DNA of 51,839 nucleotides from sequence record SRR2962707_3462; one strand, 5' to 3'. Shown piece by piece: positions 48,853 to 51,839 of this stretch (position 1 is its first letter; each line of letters starts with the position of its first letter). The notes under the pieces were generated by a model. It saw only the letters and a program-made list of their open reading frames with translations, ran no database searches and was not told where the DNA came from. The position numbers and the translations under genes were made by a program.

Positions 48853-50034
48853 TTAAGCAGTGGCTCGTTCCGCCACGGAGCGGTTATCCAAGTAACCACT
48901 AAAGCGCGTTAAAACAAACGCCACCAGCACAATAACGCCGCCAACCCATGCGGTGTCTATTAGTTGGAATTTATCCACTATGTGGCCACCAATAAGCGCA
49001 CCAAGCGCAATCCCAACATTAAACGCCGCAATATTCAGTCCAGAGGCTACGTCTACCGCATGTGGCGCTTCTCGCTCAGCAATCTGCACCACATAGACTT
49101 GTAGTCCTGGCACATTACCAAAGGCAAAGGCGCCCCAAATCAATACAGTTGCTAACGCCAACCATGGGTAAGGCGCCGTAAAGTAAAATAAGAAAAGTAC
49201 CGCCGCTAATGCTACAAAAAGGTAAGACAAAGCCGACACAGGTCCCATGCGATCCGCCATTCTACCGCCGTAAATATTACCAACCGCCACCGACACGCCA
49301 TACACCAGCATGATTAAACCAATTGCAGAAGAGGGAAAGCCGCTCACAGATTCAAGAATGGACGCTAAAAAAGTAAAGGCAACAAAGGTGCCGCCGTAGC
49401 CTATCGCGGTCATTGCATAGACCAATAACAAACGCGGTTTCGCCAATACAGACAACTGTTTCACCAAACTCGCACTGGCAGATTGAGGCAAGTTATTAGG
49501 TACTAAGATCGCGCTGCCAATCATGGCAACCAAACCAAGTGCAGACACCACTAAAAAGGTCGCACGCCACCCAAAGTGTTGACCGATCCAAGTTCCTAAA
49601 GGCACCCCTGTCACCAAGGCAACCGTTAAGCCGGTAAACATCAAAGCAATCGCACTGGCTTCTTTTTCTTTCGACACCAAGCGAGTCGCTATCGTCGAAC
49701 CAATAGAAAAGAACACACCATGGGCTAAGCCGGTTAATATTCTGGCGGTAATCAAGGCCTCATAGCTAGGTGCAATCCACGCCAGCATATTACCGAGAAT
49801 AAACAAGCTCATTAAACCAATCAGCAGCCATTTTCGGTTTAACTTACCAGTTAACGCCGTTAATACAGGCGCACCAACGGCCACACCTAGCGCGTATAAA
49901 CTGACCAGCAAACCCGCGCTTGGCAAGCTCACAGAAAGATCGTTTGCAATGGTTGGGATCAAGCCAACAATAACAAATTCAGTCGTACCAATTGCAAAGG
50001 CGCTGAGCGCCAGTGCCCAAAGAGCAAGCGGCAT
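48853..50034 (-). CDS. MFS efflux transporter (DHA1 type)
   Basis: MPLALWAL..SAFAIGTTEF, GLAHG.FF, GVPLGT.IG...GWRATF, NIAAFNVG. Confidence 0.9.
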   Translation of the reverse strand: MPLALWALALSAFAIGTTEFVIVGLIPTIANDLSVSLPSAGLLVSLYALGVAVGAPVLTALTGKLNRKWLLIGLMSLFILGNMLAWIAPSYEALITARILTGLAHGVFFSIGSTIATRLVSKEKEASAIALMFTGLTVALVTGVPLGTWIGQHFGWRATFLVVSALGLVAMIGSAILVPNNLPQSASASLVKQLSVLAKPRLLLVYAMTAIGYGGTFVAFTFLASILESVSGFPSSAIGLIMLVYGVSVAVGNIYGGRMADRMGPVSALSYLFVALAAVLFLFYFTAPYPWLALATVLIWGAFAFGNVPGLQVYVVQIAEREAPHAVDVASGLNIAAFNVGIALGALIGGHIVDKFQLIDTAWVGGVIVLVAFVLTRFSGYLDNRSVAERATA

Positions 50035-50167
50035 AATAATGCACTCCTATTAAAAATGAGGTTTAAGTTTTGTTGGAGTGGAGTATGAAGCTTGTTAATA
50101 TTTACAAAAACAGCATTAATAACAAATCACCTTTTCATAATCGGCAACAATATACGAGTGATGCAAG

Positions 50168-51058
50168 ATGAATGGTATACGCTCAAAGACAGAAGACTTA
50201 GAAATACTCCTTGCCGTCGCGGATCATGGGGGCTTTTCTGCCGCGGCCAACGCGCTCGACATACAAGTCGCCAAGGTTTCCCGTGCCATCTCACGCCTTG
50301 AACAAGAGCACGCCTGCAGTTTATTTACTCGCACCACTCGAAAGGTCACAGTGACGCAAGAAGGCGAGCAATTTATTCGCTCGATTCGTGAGGCAATGAA
50401 GCAAATAATGGGCGCGGAATTCGCCCTCACCGAACAAAAAATACGCCCTAGTGGCCGTTTACGAATCGACGCTGCCAGCCCCTTTGTTCTTCATCAGCTT
50501 GTTCCTTTGATCAAGCCGTTTCGAATCGCCTATCCAGACATCGAATTAGAGCTGGTATCAAATGACAGCATTATTGATTTGATCGAAAAGCGCACCGACC
50601 TAGCCATTCGGATCGGCGGCTTAAGTGATTCAGGACTGCACGCGTCACTGCTTGGACGCAGCCCTTTGCATTTAGTGGCTGCGCCTGATTATCTCTTGCG
50701 CTCAGGCACCCCCAGCACACTGGATGAGCTAAGCCAGCACGATATTATTGGCTTCTCTGATAGTGCGAACTTAAACAAGCTACCCAATACCCCTCCCGTC
50801 AATCTGGCGGTTAGCATCAAAGCCAACAGCGGAGAGACCATTCGCCAGCTGTGCTTAGAGGGCAATGGCATTGCCCTGCTGTCTCATTTTATGATTGCCA
50901 ATGATCTTCAGTCTGGCCGCCTAGTTACCTTACTGCCAGACGTTATCCATACACCAAATCCACGCGAATTGATTCAAGCTGTGTATTACAAGCACACAGC
51001 ACTTGCCTCTAGAATCGACGCGTTTTTGCAGTTTATTGTAGGAAAACTCAGCTTTTAA
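50168..51058 (+). CDS. LysR-family regulator (YafC-like), divergent from the MFS gene
   Basis: GFSAAA HTH, RTTRK, P.GRLRIDAASPF, SGETIRQLCL.G.GIA.LS.FM. Confidence 0.9.
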   Translation: MNGIRSKTEDLEILLAVADHGGFSAAANALDIQVAKVSRAISRLEQEHACSLFTRTTRKVTVTQEGEQFIRSIREAMKQIMGAEFALTEQKIRPSGRLRIDAASPFVLHQLVPLIKPFRIAYPDIELELVSNDSIIDLIEKRTDLAIRIGGLSDSGLHASLLGRSPLHLVAAPDYLLRSGTPSTLDELSQHDIIGFSDSANLNKLPNTPPVNLAVSIKANSGETIRQLCLEGNGIALLSHFMIANDLQSGRLVTLLPDVIHTPNPRELIQAVYYKHTALASRIDAFLQFIVGKLSF

Positions 51059-51074
51059 CGCTTTTCAAAGCCAT

Positions 51075-51102
51075 AAAAAAGGGCTAACCAAGTTAGCCCT
51101 TT
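51075..51102. terminator. Bidirectional terminator
   Basis: AAAAAAGGGCTAAC-caa-GTTAGCCCTTT between convergent genes. Confidence 0.7.
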
Positions 51103-51133
51103 ACGTAACCAATAACGATTTAACCCAGTCTAA

Positions 51134-51839
51134 TTAGTCGAGTAAACCATCAAAATCGGAAGCATCATGACGCTCCAGCAATTTGGCACCGTCACCAAAC
51201 CCTTTGTTTACGATGCGACCGCGCTGAACCGCTGGGCGTGCTTCAATCTGTTTTGCCCAACGCATCACGTTTTTGTAGCTTGCTACGTCCAAAAACTCTG
51301 CGGCATCGTACAAGTTACCCAGTACCAAATTACCGTACCAAGGCCAAATCGCGATGTCTGCAATCGAGTACTCTTCACCTGCAAAGAATTCATTGTTTGC
51401 TAAGTGCTGATCAAGTACGTCTAGTTCACGCTTTACTTCCATTGAAAAACGATCAATTGGATACTGCATTTTAGACGGTGCGTAGGCATAGAAATGACCA
51501 AAACCGCCACCTAAATATGGAGCAGAACCCATTTGCCAAAACAACCAATTGCGACATTCTGTCTTAGCTTTAAAGTCACTCGGCACAAGCGCATCAAACT
51601 TTTCAGCCAAATATTGCAAAATAGAGCCAGATTCAAACACGCGAGTTGGCGGTGTTGTACTGTGATCCATCAGAGCAGGGATTTTTGAATTCGGATTGAT
51701 CTCTACAAAACCGGAGCCAAACTGATCGCCTTCACCAATGTTAATCAAATAGGCGTCGTATTCGGCGGCGTCGATTCCCATAGCCAATAGCTCTTCGAGC
51801 ATGATAGTCACTTTTTGGCCATTCGGTGTTGCTAAAGAA
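51134..51839 (-). CDS. yghU: GST-like glutathione-dependent disulfide oxidoreductase, 5' end outside the window
   Basis: Frame stays open to the window edge (SLATPNGQKVTIMLEELL); NPNSKIPAL, FESGSIL, WQMGSAPYLGGGFGHFY, ERHDASDF. Confidence 0.92.
   Translation of the reverse strand, partial: SLATPNGQKVTIMLEELLAMGIDAAEYDAYLINIGEGDQFGSGFVEINPNSKIPALMDHSTTPPTRVFESGSILQYLAEKFDALVPSDFKAKTECRNWLFWQMGSAPYLGGGFGHFYAYAPSKMQYPIDRFSMEVKRELDVLDQHLANNEFFAGEEYSIADIAIWPWYGNLVLGNLYDAAEFLDVASYKNVMRWAKQIEARPAVQRGRIVNKGFGDGAKLLERHDASDFDGLLD

Overview
Gene-dense chromosomal window from a marine-type gammaproteobacterium (Marinomonas/Oceanospirillales-like by gene content; inference). I found no rRNA, tRNA, CRISPR array, integrase or transposase. 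Housekeeping and accessory genes include a GAF-GGDEF cyclase, glutathione-dependent formaldehyde detoxification genes with a divergent LysR, fagA-like/fumC behind Fur boxes, slyD, MscS, yebG with a LexA box, Kef, PoxB, asparaginase II, a carboxyethyl-ornithine synthase homologue, ilvY-ilvC, modF, an ECF sigma/anti-sigma/DUF3455 trio, aphA, lactate permease, MFS/LysR genes and a partial yghU. Best leads: (1) an orphan biosynthetic operon at 17483-21784 ('thermostable hemolysin' family protein, an adenylation enzyme fused in one ORF to a heme-oxygenase-like diiron oxidase, an SDR and a secreted TPR-like protein); (2) an AT-rich accessory patch at 31.2-36.4 kb with a DUF2971-like gene, a decayed StbD/RelE toxin-antitoxin pair absent from the ORF track, and two orphan lipoproteins behind a lux-box-like palindrome facing a LuxR-type regulator; (3) a sigma54 two-component system plus PhnDCEE-like ABC transporter with readable enhancer, IHF and -24/-12 sites and an exact 22-nt leader repeat. 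All family calls come from motif recognition by eye; no database search was run.
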